Shown here piece by piece: positions 9,895-18,373 of a DNA stretch of 25,842 nucleotides; positions within the stretch are counted from its first letter, which is position 1; each line of letters begins with the position of its first letter. The notes beneath the pieces were generated by a model. The model had not been told where the DNA came from. It did not search any database and saw nothing but the letters and a program-made list of their open reading frames with translations. Origin of the DNA: a virus (taxonomy: Duplodnaviria; Heunggongvirae; Uroviricota; Caudoviricetes); the IMG/VR virus record IMGVR_UViG_2609459774_000006, positions 1 through 25,842 of that record; one strand, 5' to 3'. A program made the translations under genes and the position numbers.

Positions 9895-10977
9895 ATGAAA
9901 AAATTAACAGTGGCAATTTCTGCTGTAGCTGCATCAGTACTGATGGCGATGTCTGCTCAGGCAGCTGAAATTTATAATAAAGACAGTAACAAGCTGGATC
10001 TATATGGGAAAGTTAATGCCAAGCACTACTTCTCCTCTAATGATGCAGATGATGGTGATACTACTTATGCCCGTCTTGGCTTCAAAGGTGAAACCCAAAT
10101 CAACGATCAACTGACTGGTTTCGGTCAGTGGGAATATGAATTCAAAGGCAACCGCGCTGAATCTCAAGGCTCCTCCAAAGACAAAACCCGTCTTGCATTT
10201 GCAGGCCTGAAATTCGGGGACTACGGCTCAATCGATTACGGCCGTAACTACGGTGTAGCATATGACATCGGTGCGTGGACTGACGTTCTGCCAGAATTCG
10301 GTGGCGATACCTGGACCCAAACAGATGTGTTCATGACTGGTCGCACCACTGGTGTTGCAACTTATCGTAACAACGACTTCTTTGGTCTGGTTGATGGTCT
10401 GAACTTTGCTGCTCAGTATCAGAGTAAAAATGACCGCACTGACGTAACTGAAGCTAATGGTGATGGTTTCGGTTTCTCCACTACTTATGAGTATGAAGGA
10501 TTCGGTGTAGGTGCAACCTATGCTAAATCTGACCGCACTAATAATCAGGTTATCTACGGTAACAACAGCCTGAATGCATCTGGTCAAAATGCTGAAGTAT
10601 GGGCAGCTGGTCTGAAATATGATGCGAACAACATCTATCTGGCTACCACCTATTCTGAAACCCAGAACATGACTGTTTTTGGTAATAACCATATTGCCAA
10701 CAAAGCACAAAACTTCGAAGTAGTTGCACAATATCAGTTCGACTTCGGTCTGCGTCCGTCCGTTGCTTACCTGCAATCTAAAGGAAAAGACTTGGGTGCG
10801 TGGGGTGATCAGGACCTGGTTGAATATATTGATGTAGGTGCAACCTATTACTTCAACAAAAATATGTCCACTTTTGTTGATTACAAAATCAACCTGATTG
10901 ATAAGAGCGATTTCACGAAAGCATCTGGCGTTGCTACCGATGATATCGTTGCTGTAGGTATGGTTTACCAGTTCTAA
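9895..10977 (+). CDS. nmpC: Outer-membrane porin of the OmpC/OmpF family (NmpC/OmpD-like), 360 aa, intact
   Basis: Signal peptide [23 protein letters not shown], porin-type beta-strand sequence ending ..VGMVYQF; SD aaaaaggg upstream. Confidence 0.85.
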   Translation: MKKLTVAISAVAASVLMAMSAQAAEIYNKDSNKLDLYGKVNAKHYFSSNDADDGDTTYARLGFKGETQINDQLTGFGQWEYEFKGNRAESQGSSKDKTRLAFAGLKFGDYGSIDYGRNYGVAYDIGAWTDVLPEFGGDTWTQTDVFMTGRTTGVATYRNNDFFGLVDGLNFAAQYQSKNDRTDVTEANGDGFGFSTTYEYEGFGVGATYAKSDRTNNQVIYGNNSLNASGQNAEVWAAGLKYDANNIYLATTYSETQNMTVFGNNHIANKAQNFEVVAQYQFDFGLRPSVAYLQSKGKDLGAWGDQDLVEYIDVGATYYFNKNMSTFVDYKINLIDKSDFTKASGVATDDIVAVGMVYQF

Positions 10978-10992
10978 TTTGATTACTAAAAG

Positions 10993-11048
10993 ATATGTTG
11001 CGGGAGGCTTTGCCTCCCCAACATATAAGTGGCTCCCTCAAGCCACTT
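10993..11048 (+). terminator. Two tandem stem-loops downstream of the porin gene (10993-11026 and 11027-11048)
   Basis: atatgttgcgggaggctttgcctccccaacatat and aagtggctccctcaagccactt are self-complementary; no strong T-run. Confidence 0.35.
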
Positions 11049-11114
11049 CCTTTAGGAGCACAACCTTGCTTCTAACTATATAAACCTTCTGTTATATATT
11101 ACCCTTTATTTTTG

Positions 11115-11148
11115 GGGGCGTTGCAACGCCCCATTTTTAATAATTTTT
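11115..11148 (+). terminator. Intrinsic terminator (GC stem ggggcgttgcaacgcccc followed by ATTTTTAATAATTTTT)
   Basis: Perfect 18-bp palindrome followed by T-rich run on the plus strand. Confidence 0.55.
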
Positions 11149-11165
11149 AGTAAACAATTGGCATA

Positions 11166-11549
11166 TTAATTAGAGTTATTAACAACGATATCCATCTCTA
11201 ACCGGATATCTAATGCCATTAACATCCCTTCAATTATGCCCTCAGCCTTCTGTAACCTTTTCCCGATATAACCATCAGAGCAGCAATGCTTACCTGCCAG
11301 TGACATGAATGTCATACCGACTACATAATAATCTACTAATAAATCGTGCAAATCGCTGTTGTTCTTTTTCAGACGGGCCATGCACCCGCAAATAATCATC
11401 GCGTCATCGTCACAACATTGCGGGCGAGATTTTACTTTTGAAGTAATTAATCCCTTAAAACCGGCGGCAATGGACGACCAGGTCACATCTTCATGATTAT
11501 TAGCCGCCCACGCTCCCCAACGCTCAAGAACCATCTGAATATCACGCAT
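11166..11549 (-). CDS. quuD: Late-gene antiterminator Q (QuuD-like), 127 aa
   Basis: [33 protein letters not shown]... matches recalled QuuD; the ORF track extends 5 codons upstream. Confidence 0.85.
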   Translation of the reverse strand: MRDIQMVLERWGAWAANNHEDVTWSSIAAGFKGLITSKVKSRPQCCDDDAMIICGCMARLKKNNSDLHDLLVDYYVVGMTFMSLAGKHCCSDGYIGKRLQKAEGIIEGMLMALDIRLEMDIVVNNSN

Positions 11550-11634
11550 CAACTTACTCCACAAAAATCAGACCAGAACGCCAATTACAAGCAAAAATCA
11601 ACAAAACAGTATTAGTTGATTGTTATCTCTGACT

Positions 11635-11772
11635 TCATACTCCTGCTCCTGTCAGGGTTTTGGCGTAATTCTTCAGTATTCGGTAATCGGTCAAAACAGA
11701 ACCGGGGAAACGATATAAGCGCAGATGCCCCCAGCGGTGGCGAAGAAGTTCTGCCATATAAAACTCAAACAT
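11635..11772 (-). CDS. ylcG: YlcG-like small protein, 45 aa
   Basis: Hand translation [45 protein letters not shown]; start overlaps the rusA stop (TGATG). Confidence 0.55.
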   Translation of the reverse strand: MFEFYMAELLRHRWGHLRLYRFPGSVLTDYRILKNYAKTLTGAGV

Positions 11773-12134
11773 CATTCATTCCCCATTTCGGTGATGGTCA
11801 GTTCCAGCCTCCCACCTTTGGTAACAGGCATCTTCACAACGCGGTAATCAACGACCTGAGCATCATCCAGCCAGAAACCTGCTTTGGTGAGTGCGTCAAA
11901 AGCGGCTTTTTGCAGATTATCCAGGTCACGGCGACGGCGATCCGGCATGTGGCACTCAATACGGATTTTCACTGGCATAGCCAGGCCGATATCCAGCATT
12001 GCGTTTTTAATGATTCGGGTGACGTTATCGCGGTATGCCTGCCCTTCTGCGCTGATGTGCGTGCGCCCGCGATTATGGCGGTAATAGCGATTATTGCTCG
12101 GAGGCCAGGGTAATGTGATGCTGTAGGTATTCAC
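11772..12134 (-). CDS. rusA: Holliday junction resolvase RusA, 120 aa
   Basis: [36 protein letters not shown]... RusA family. Confidence 0.9.
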   Translation of the reverse strand: MNTYSITLPWPPSNNRYYRHNRGRTHISAEGQAYRDNVTRIIKNAMLDIGLAMPVKIRIECHMPDRRRRDLDNLQKAAFDALTKAGFWLDDAQVVDYRVVKMPVTKGGRLELTITEMGNE

Positions 12135-12421
12135 GCCTTAATAACCCCCTCTTTCAGCCAGATAACCTGTGTTCTCGCCATACCTTCCAGCGCGCATTCT
12201 TTTGCATATGCAGCATCGACAAAATGTGTGCGGCGGTCGATTTCGTCGTGGCAGGCAGAACATGCAATGGTGGCAATCAGGTCTGGCGGTTTGATACCGG
12301 TACCGCACAATCCAGCCAGCCGGATATGTGCCAGTACAGACGTTTCAGAATTGCCATTACATACGCCAGGGATTCTTACCTGGCATTCCCGACCACGCGC
12401 TGCTTTTCTCAAATCAGCCAT
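12131..12421 (-). CDS. ybcO: YbcO-like DUF1364 protein (nin-region putative nuclease), 96 aa
   Basis: [37 protein letters not shown]; ORF track extends upstream to 12460. Confidence 0.8.
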   Translation of the reverse strand: MADLRKAARGRECQVRIPGVCNGNSETSVLAHIRLAGLCGTGIKPPDLIATIACSACHDEIDRRTHFVDAAYAKECALEGMARTQVIWLKEGVIKA

Positions 12422-12584
12422 GATTCCTCCTTGCTGCCAGTCGCAACCATTTTTTATCAACCAGGCTGGCGGTATATCCGAGCAGAGTTGGTATTTCGGA
12501 TGGCTTCAGCTCAGGTTTACGCTTACGACGATTTGGTACTTTGTAGATGTGTCCGTTCATGACACGAATAAGCGGTGTAGCCAT
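12414..12584 (-). CDS. ninE: NinE-like protein, 56 aa
   Basis: [56 protein letters not shown]; start overlaps the ninB stop. Confidence 0.75.
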   Translation of the reverse strand: MATPLIRVMNGHIYKVPNRRKRKPELKPSEIPTLLGYTASLVDKKWLRLAARRNHG

Positions 12585-13039
12585 TACGCCTCCTGCTTGT
12601 CGCGCAGCAGCTGGAACTCGCAGCGCTGCGGAATAGTCAGGTGGCAACCAATATTCATCGCCCAGGCTTCAACCTTACACAGGAAGACATACATCTCTCC
12701 GGTATCAAGATCGGAGGTATGGCGTAACGACTGGATAGTGGTGATATCACCGGTTACGACATCAACCAGTTCTTTGGTTTCATAACCGAGATAAGTGTGT
12801 TTCAGAGCATCCTTCACCCACTCTGGCGTAGCGAAAGTCTTACCCCGGCTGATGAGGTATTCGCTGATTTCGGTGTACCACATGTGGCTTAAGCTATTTT
12901 GAGACAGGCTGCGCTTATCGCGCCATGGCTTCAGTACCATGCGGAAGCACTTGCCGTCCTCCAGATAAGGCTGGAGCTGCTGACCGATAGCGGTGAAGTT
13001 ACCGCGATGAAGTTTGATGCCGTCTTGTGGGAGGTTCAC
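12584..13039 (-). CDS. ninB: NinB/YbcN recombination protein, 151 aa
   Basis: [60 protein letters not shown]... NinB family. Confidence 0.85.
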   Translation of the reverse strand: MNLPQDGIKLHRGNFTAIGQQLQPYLEDGKCFRMVLKPWRDKRSLSQNSLSHMWYTEISEYLISRGKTFATPEWVKDALKHTYLGYETKELVDVVTGDITTIQSLRHTSDLDTGEMYVFLCKVEAWAMNIGCHLTIPQRCEFQLLRDKQEA

Positions 13040-13160
13040 GCTTCACCTCCGCAGAGGTCAAACGCTGGATGCAAAAAATCGCAGGTGCATTTCTGCATCT
13101 GTGGCGGGAGAAGAGAGTTTAGATTGTATGTGCGCATAAACGTCCCCGTTTAGCGCAGAA

Positions 13161-13189
13161 GTCACCGGAGTTGTTCAGGCTCCGGTGAC
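13161..13189. other. Perfect 10-bp stem-loop (gtcaccggag-N9-ctccggtgac) between NADAR and ninB
   Basis: Self-complementary arms seen directly; no adjacent T-run on either strand, so not a canonical terminator. Confidence 0.4.
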
Positions 13190-13299
13190 ATGATTATGGC
13201 TGGTTGATTATAGAAAATCAAAAACCTTTTATGGCAACAAAAAAACGCCGAGGGAGGTACGCCAGTTAATTTATGGAAGAAAATGCCCCAGATGGAACG

Positions 13300-13929
13300 C
13301 TAAAACAAGGATAAACTTTGCCCTGCTCCAGGCGTTGGCTTTACAAATGTTACATCTTTAATTCTTTCGCCTAGGAGAAAAAATTTGTCCAAAGATAGCG
13401 ATGGTATTGTTGCAAACCCATCAGCCCCCTTTTTCCTAGCAACCCCTCTCACGTCCATGAGAATTCGCCCTAATACGTTCATACCATAATAGTTACCTTC
13501 TGGGTCTTTACTGGCACCCCAGAATTGGTCCTTCTCTGAGTGTTCCACGATGAAATGGTCGCCTGTACTGTCTAACAGCGCAAAGAACGTATCCCAGTTC
13601 TGGCATAATTTTACGCATACACACCACTTCATAATCGAAACTCGATTCTTATCCCATCCTGCGCGAGTTTTGGATTCAAACGATCTTGCGGTCTGCTTGG
13701 CTTCATAGGGGTTTCCTTGAGTAATGATGGCCTTTTGTATATCCGGATAGTCTGGATATCGGCATGCTTGGTAAAGGATTTCACTTGATTGAATAGGCAA
13801 CCCATTGATTAACAATGGATATCCTTTAGCCATGTTGGAAAGCCCCCCCCATTTTTCGGTGGTTTTCCTGAAGGAAACTGTGTTCTGTAGCGGATATAAT
13901 CTATAGCTCATACCACTCATTATACCCAT
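13300..13929 (-). CDS. NADAR (YbiA-like, DUF1768) domain protein, ~203-209 aa; alternative starts at 13929, 13920 and 13911
   Basis: Family hallmarks: ..GGLSNMAKGYPLLINGLPIQSSEILYQACRY.. and ..LLDSTGDHFIVEHSEKDQFWGASKDPEGNYYGMNVLGRILMDVRG; overlaps the upstream gene. Confidence 0.75.
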   Translation of the reverse strand: MGIMSGMSYRLYPLQNTVSFRKTTEKWGGLSNMAKGYPLLINGLPIQSSEILYQACRYPDYPDIQKAIITQGNPYEAKQTARSFESKTRAGWDKNRVSIMKWCVCVKLCQNWDTFFALLDSTGDHFIVEHSEKDQFWGASKDPEGNYYGMNVLGRILMDVRGVARKKGADGFATIPSLSLDKFFLLGERIKDVTFVKPTPGAGQSLSLF

Positions 13930-14932
13930 TCCGCTTCATTAGTGGATACCAGCAGTCCAATGCGGGAGCACCTGTTGGTTCATAATCTCCCCACCAAAAA
14001 GCCAGCGGCACATTATTCGGGCAATTTCGATAAGTAAATGTTGTTCCCCCAAAACCCAAACCGTCAAAAGTAGAAAAACCTAGAGGTTTGAGCACCTCAC
14101 TAGGGGTTTTCCTGTGCAGCAAGATATTAAAGCCGACTTTAGTAAGGATAGATTCGAAACGATCCCTTGAGGCTTCATTTCTAAAACTATCAGAAGAGGC
14201 ATATCCATCTCTGAATACGCCTTTGTAAAGCTCACACTCCTCGAATTTCTCGGGAGTATCTACACTATATTTCCTTGGCCAGAAAACACCTGATTGAGCA
14301 GAACGACTTTTTCGGTTTTCAACCTCACGCATACCACCATTCTTCACGTGTACAAAAATGTTTCTATCCTTAAAAATATATTCTAATCGTCTTTTTATAT
14401 TATAGTCAGATAACGTATGAGATGAAAAAAAATATACATTGAATTTAATATCTCTTAAATTAAATTTTAAAACAAAATTACTTATCGATTTGATGGCCTT
14501 TTCTCCTGAAAACGACACATCATCAATATATACAAATGTATCAAATTTATTTACTTCATCTTGAGTTGATGATTCAGTAACGATGTTAAATTTGATCCCT
14601 ACTGTTTCATAAAGAGATTTAAGCAATTCCTTCTGACTAGAACCTTTTTTTTGAATATCTAAAAAACCTGCATATCTGAAGAATTTCGCGTTCTTTTCAC
14701 TTCTTGCAATGGCTTTTATTTTTCGTTGATATTGACTTTCGGATAGGTAACCTGCATTAAGTAGATAAAGCGTTTCATCTAAGATAAATCGTCTATCCTC
14801 CACTGCAAATTGCTTAATCCATTTGCTGACATGTTCAGAGTTCATACCTTCAGCCGGAGGATATTTATAATCGCTCAACTTTTCAGCAATTTTATTGATT
14901 ACTTTTTCACCAGATAAAATATTCGAGGACAT
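13901..14932 (-). CDS. Unknown 343-aa protein with a PRPP-binding-loop-like motif (FVYIDDVSFSGEK); partner of the NADAR gene
   Basis: Long ORF with SD AAGGAA 8 nt before ATG; very AT-rich; motif hhhhDDxxxSG resembles type I phosphoribosyltransferase loop, but the fold is unverified. Confidence 0.6.
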   Translation of the reverse strand: MSSNILSGEKVINKIAEKLSDYKYPPAEGMNSEHVSKWIKQFAVEDRRFILDETLYLLNAGYLSESQYQRKIKAIARSEKNAKFFRYAGFLDIQKKGSSQKELLKSLYETVGIKFNIVTESSTQDEVNKFDTFVYIDDVSFSGEKAIKSISNFVLKFNLRDIKFNVYFFSSHTLSDYNIKRRLEYIFKDRNIFVHVKNGGMREVENRKSRSAQSGVFWPRKYSVDTPEKFEECELYKGVFRDGYASSDSFRNEASRDRFESILTKVGFNILLHRKTPSEVLKPLGFSTFDGLGFGGTTFTYRNCPNNVPLAFWWGDYEPTGAPALDCWYPLMKRNGYNEWYEL

Positions 14933-15088
14933 AAAAATTCCTTTTCACAACACAGAATCTAAAAAATAAGAATACTTTTATTTATTTCAAGTATAGACCG
15001 TATATTCAACTACTTTTTTTTATAGTAGGGAGATACCGATCACAATTTTTAGATATCTAATGTGATGGTTTAATAACCAGCAGTCTTA

Positions 15089-15108
15089 CGTGTTAATTCA
15101 CGTAAAAA
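15089..15108. promoter_or_regulatory. Palindrome TTACGTG-N6-CACGTAA in the AT-rich leader upstream of the 343-aa/NADAR cassette
   Basis: Perfect 7-bp inverted arms; no T-run in terminator configuration, so more likely an operator-type site. Confidence 0.3.
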
Positions 15109-15143
15109 AACTCATCAAACCTTCCTCTTTTCAGTTAATTCTT

Positions 15144-15728
15144 TTAAGAATAAACATCAGTAACTCGGGCCGGGCTTAATGCTACGGTTGGCGAATCACA
15201 CTTGTTTCCCCATACGTCGAAACCGTGGGAGGATTTACGCGCAAAGAGCTCAATACGTGGAAGATTACCCAGCAACCGAACCAGCATTTCACGCACGCAG
15301 TCTGGTTTACGTGAGTGCTCATGTCGCGGCGAGGTGTAGTGCTGGATGATCGAGGCGTCCTGCTGTGGTGCCCGCTTACCCTTTACCGCGAAAAGACAAT
15401 CTTCACGGTTCGCCCGGATCAGGTGTCCCATTCCCATCGCCGATTTGTCAGTTTGCTTCGGGTAGGTTTTATCCCAAGTGAAACCTTTCATTGTGATCAG
15501 GCGAAATCCCCAGGCATCGACGACTTTCATCGCCTCGAACGTTTGAGTTGGCAACCACCACATCGCCAGCTGGCAGCTTTCTGCAACCCGCTCCCTTACT
15601 GGCAGCCAGCAGATATCCTGCACCGTCATAACCAAGTATTTATGCCCGGTGCCACGCTTACCAGAATTGCATTTATCCTCGTACGTCCAGGGCGGATCCG
15701 CTTAGATCAACGTGTATTTCTTGTTCAT
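15144..15728 (-). pseudogene. MT-A70-type phage DNA N6-adenine methyltransferase interrupted by a TAA at codon 9
   Basis: Minus-strand reading MNKKYTLI*ADPPWTYEDKCNSGKRGTGHKYLVMTVQDICWLPV...; DPPW catalytic motif lies just after the stop (15702-15704). Confidence 0.7.
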
Positions 15729-15730
15729 GG

Positions 15731-15925
15731 TTAAATAAATCCGACTGCTTTACGCGCTTTGTATTGCTCAAGCAAAAGCTGAGCGGGAGTCGGCCCGGGC
15801 ACGTGGCGCGGAGCCGAGATTTGTTTTCTGACCGGAGGGATTGGTTTGCCCTCACTGACGCGCTTCTCCCACATGTCCAGCAGGTCACCAGCCTCGCATG
15901 CCAGCTCGCCATGCGTTAAACCGAA
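15731..15925 (-). pseudogene. P: C-terminal fragment of replication protein P (about 63 aa)
   Basis: ..GLTHGELACEAGDLLDMWEKRVSEGKPIPPVRKQISAPRHVPGPTPAQLLLEQYKARKAVGFI* aligns with the lambda P C-terminus as recalled; no N-terminus on this strand. Confidence 0.5.
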
Positions 15926-15929
15926 TTTT

Positions 15930-16178
15930 GCAGGGTGGGCTAACGATATCCGCCTGATGCGTGAACGTGACGGACGTAACCACCGCGACATGTGCGTGCT
16001 GTTCCGCTGGGCATGCCAGGACAACTTCTGGTCCGGTAACGTGCTAAGTCCGGCCAAACTCCGCGACAAGTGGACCCAACTCGAAATCAACCGTAACAAG
16101 CAACAGGCTGGTGTGACTGCCAGCAAACCAAAACTCGACCTGACAAACACTGACTGGATTTACGGGGTGGAGCTATGA
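15930..16178 (+). pseudogene. O: C-terminal fragment of replication initiator O (about 81 aa), on the opposite strand to the O N-terminus
   Basis: ..ANDIRLMRERDGRNHRDMCVLFRWACQDNFWSGNVLSPAKLRDKWTQLEINRNKQQAGVTASKPKLDLTNTDWIYGVEL* matches the lambda O C-terminus. Confidence 0.6.
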
Positions 16179-16765
16179 AAAATATTGCCGCGCAGATGAT
16201 TAACTTTGACCGTGAGCAGATGCGTCGAATCGCCAACAACATGCCGGAACAATACGACGAAAAGCCGCAGGTGCAGCAGGTGGCGCAGATCATCAACGGT
16301 GTGTTCAGCCAGCTGCTTGCGACATTTCCGGCAAGCCTCGCGAACCGCGACCAGAACGAGCTGAACGAAATCCGCCGTCAGTGGGTTATGGCTTTCCGTG
16401 AAAATGGAATTACCACTATGGAGCAGGTTAACGCCGGAATGCGCGTGGCCCGCCGACAGGAGCGACCATTCCTGCCGTCGCCCGGCCAGTTCGTAGCGTG
16501 GTGTAAGCAGAGTGGCGGGGCGTTAGGTATCACTGTTGACCAAGTCATAACCGAATACTGGGATTGGCGTAATCGTTCCTTCGAATTCACTTCCAGCGAG
16601 CATTTCCCGTGGTCACAGCCTGTCATGTACCACATCTGCGTCGAACTGCGCCACCGTAGCATTGAGCGCCAGTTTCTGGCTGATGGCGCGATGGTCTTCA
16701 CCATGTCAAACATCCACTCTGCGGCGGTCAGGTCTTCTGCTGTCCCCCACCTGCTGCCGCTCTGA
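16175..16765 (+). pseudogene. P: N-terminal ~170 aa of replication protein P (helicase loader); the ORF tail after ~16680 is probably not P
   Basis: MKNIAAQMINFDREQMRRIANNMPEQYDEKPQVQQVAQIINGVFSQLLATFPASLANRDQNELNEIRRQW.. matches the lambda P N-terminus; start overlaps the O stop as in lambda. Confidence 0.65.
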
Positions 16766-17343
16766 ATTGCAGCATCTGGTTTCTCCACAGGAAGATCGTT
16801 TTCTGGTTGGTCAGAGGATTCGCCAGAATTCTCGGACGAAAAAGGTTTTATATTGTCTTTTGTTAGTTTGTCTTTTGTGTTTACCTGATTCGGGTAAACG
16901 CCTTTACCTGATTTAGGTAAACTTTTCTTACCTGATTCAGGTAAATTTACCTCTTTCAGGTAAACTTTATTTTTCTTACCCGATTCGGGTAATGTTGACC
17001 ATTCACTGACCACATTATTGATGCCGATATTCCGCCCGCTCTGAATAAAAATCCCACGCTTTACCAGAACACTTTTTGCAGCAGAACACTTGTGCGGCAA
17101 TATCCCGGTTAATTCGGAAAGTTGCTCGTTGCTAACCCAATCCAGTTTTTTATTAAAGCCATATGTTTTGCGCATGACAGCCAGAAAGACCAGAAGCTGG
17201 TGCTGTGTTAATCCGGCCAGCATCACAGCTTCCAGCAACTCATTTGCAATGCGCGTATAACCATCATCGAGATCTGCCACGCGCCGCTCCTTTTGTGCCA
17301 CATCCGGCACAGGAAAATTGAATATCTCAGCAGTGTTTGCCAT
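16680..17343 (-). pseudogene. O: N-terminal part of replication initiator O (iteron-binding domain plus linker); likely start at 17343, the ORF track extends to 17433
   Basis: MANTAEIFNFPVPDVAQKERRVADLDDGYTRIANELLEAVMLAGLTQHQLLVFLAVMRKTYGFNK.. with SD GGGAGG before the ATG at 17343; contains the iterons. Confidence 0.65.
16881..16992. repeat. Replication origin iterons: five copies of the palindromic ~18-bp unit TTACCTGATTCGGGTAAA, with an AT-rich stretch at 16835-16880
   Basis: Copies at 16881, 16904, 16928, 16947 and 16976 read directly from the sequence, inside the O N-terminal coding region. Confidence 0.75.
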
Positions 17344-17429
17344 AATTCCTCCCGCAATGAGTGTGTTACGATTTGCACCTGAAAGTCGGTTCTGTTCCCG
17401 CAGACCGACTTTCGCCATTTTTGAACCTG

Positions 17430-17969
17430 TCATATTGCCCCCAGCATGGTGGTGACCATCGCCATCAATGGACCAGCCAGATCCGGGTCCACTCGAAACA
17501 TCGACACAATGCCTTCACTCATCTCCTTCAGTTTCTGGTGGCGTGGTGCGTTGAGAATGACCGCCTGCTTTGCCTCACAGAGTTCCTTTTCCATTTCAGC
17601 CAGCCGAGCCATGAAGCTATCCTGCTCAACCAGGTGGCCGCGATATTCCAGCGGTAGTACCGCCAGAATTGCCGGGGTCAGTTCACGCACGTTATTTCGG
17701 TATTTTTCAGAATCGAATTTGTTATCGAGGAAGCGGAACAGCTTCTGGCGTGCACGGCTGACATCATCAGGGAAATCGATAGTGCCGCCGCCCTGCTCCC
17801 GATACTCATTCACAATGAGTGTGGCAACGACATCCTGATTATCTTCAGCCGACCAGGCGCGGACGGCATCACGGATTTTTTCGTGGCCTGGCACCTGTTT
17901 TGTTTGAGAACGATTTATCACCGCAGTCGGGCTAAATCCGCTAGTCTGTTGGTATGTAAGTGGTTGCAT
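17430..17969 (-). CDS. YdaT-like protein at the cII position, 179 aa
   Basis: Segments ..VATLIVNEYREQGGG.. and ..LTPAILAVLPLEYRGHLVEQ.. resemble Rac prophage YdaT; directly downstream of the cro-like gene. Confidence 0.6.
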   Translation of the reverse strand: MQPLTYQQTSGFSPTAVINRSQTKQVPGHEKIRDAVRAWSAEDNQDVVATLIVNEYREQGGGTIDFPDDVSRARQKLFRFLDNKFDSEKYRNNVRELTPAILAVLPLEYRGHLVEQDSFMARLAEMEKELCEAKQAVILNAPRHQKLKEMSEGIVSMFRVDPDLAGPLMAMVTTMLGAI

Positions 17970-18038
17970 AATTGACTCCTTTAGTTTGAATTGACTGTTA
18001 AGTTGATTGCTTATTGTTAAAGAGCGTGAAATGGAAAT

Positions 18039-18269
18039 TTAAGCTGCGTTCTTTTCGGTGTGTGGAAACAACTTCGGAAGATCCGGGCGAATCTGGTATG
18101 CCTTCACTACTCCACCAGTAGCCGTAACAATGCTGCCGACATGTTCAGGGGATACCTTTGCTTTGTTGTGAAGCCACTTATAGACGGCCTGCTGTGAAAC
18201 TTCGCAGGCAGCGCCCAGTTTCTTTTGTGAACCAACGATATTGATCGCTGTTTTGATAGCTGGATTCAT
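18039..18269 (-). CDS. cro: Cro-like HTH regulator (YdaS family), 76 aa
   Basis: Small HTH protein ..QKKLGAACEVSQQAVYKWLHNKAKVSPE.. divergent from the CI-like repressor. Confidence 0.7.
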   Translation of the reverse strand: MNPAIKTAINIVGSQKKLGAACEVSQQAVYKWLHNKAKVSPEHVGSIVTATGGVVKAYQIRPDLPKLFPHTEKNAA

Positions 18270-18373
18270 AACAACCTCCGTGGTTAATTTGAATCAAGAT
18301 TAAAACTATGGTTGTTTTTAGTCAACAACCATTTTCGTTTGATGGAATAAAACCTTGGTTGTACATTTGGACT
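18270..18373. promoter_or_regulatory. Right operator/promoter region between cro and cI with dyads built on AACAAC/GTTGTT half-sites
   Basis: ATGGTTGTT-N7-AACAACCAT (9-bp perfect inverted arms) plus AACAACC..GGTTAAT in the divergent intergenic region. Confidence 0.5.

Noticed and set aside
10228-10776. 182-aa minus-strand ORF
   Set aside because: Antisense within the porin gene; low-complexity translation.
11616-12113. 165-aa plus-strand ORF
   Set aside because: Antisense to ylcG and rusA, which have clear family matches.
12224-13153. Plus-strand ORFs of 112, 185 and 84 aa
   Set aside because: Antisense to ybcO, ninE and ninB.
15315-15734. 139-aa plus-strand ORF
   Set aside because: Antisense to the methyltransferase pseudogene.
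15938-16150. N-terminal part of the 139-aa minus-strand ORF 15731-16150
   Set aside because: Only the C-terminal ~63 codons (15731-15925) resemble P; the upstream part is the reverse complement of the O C-terminal coding sequence.
16378-16680. Tail of the 351-aa minus-strand ORF
   Set aside because: This portion is antisense to the well-conserved P N-terminus; the genuine O portion ends near the inversion breakpoint.
17446-17838. 130-aa plus-strand ORF
   Set aside because: Antisense to the YdaT-like gene.
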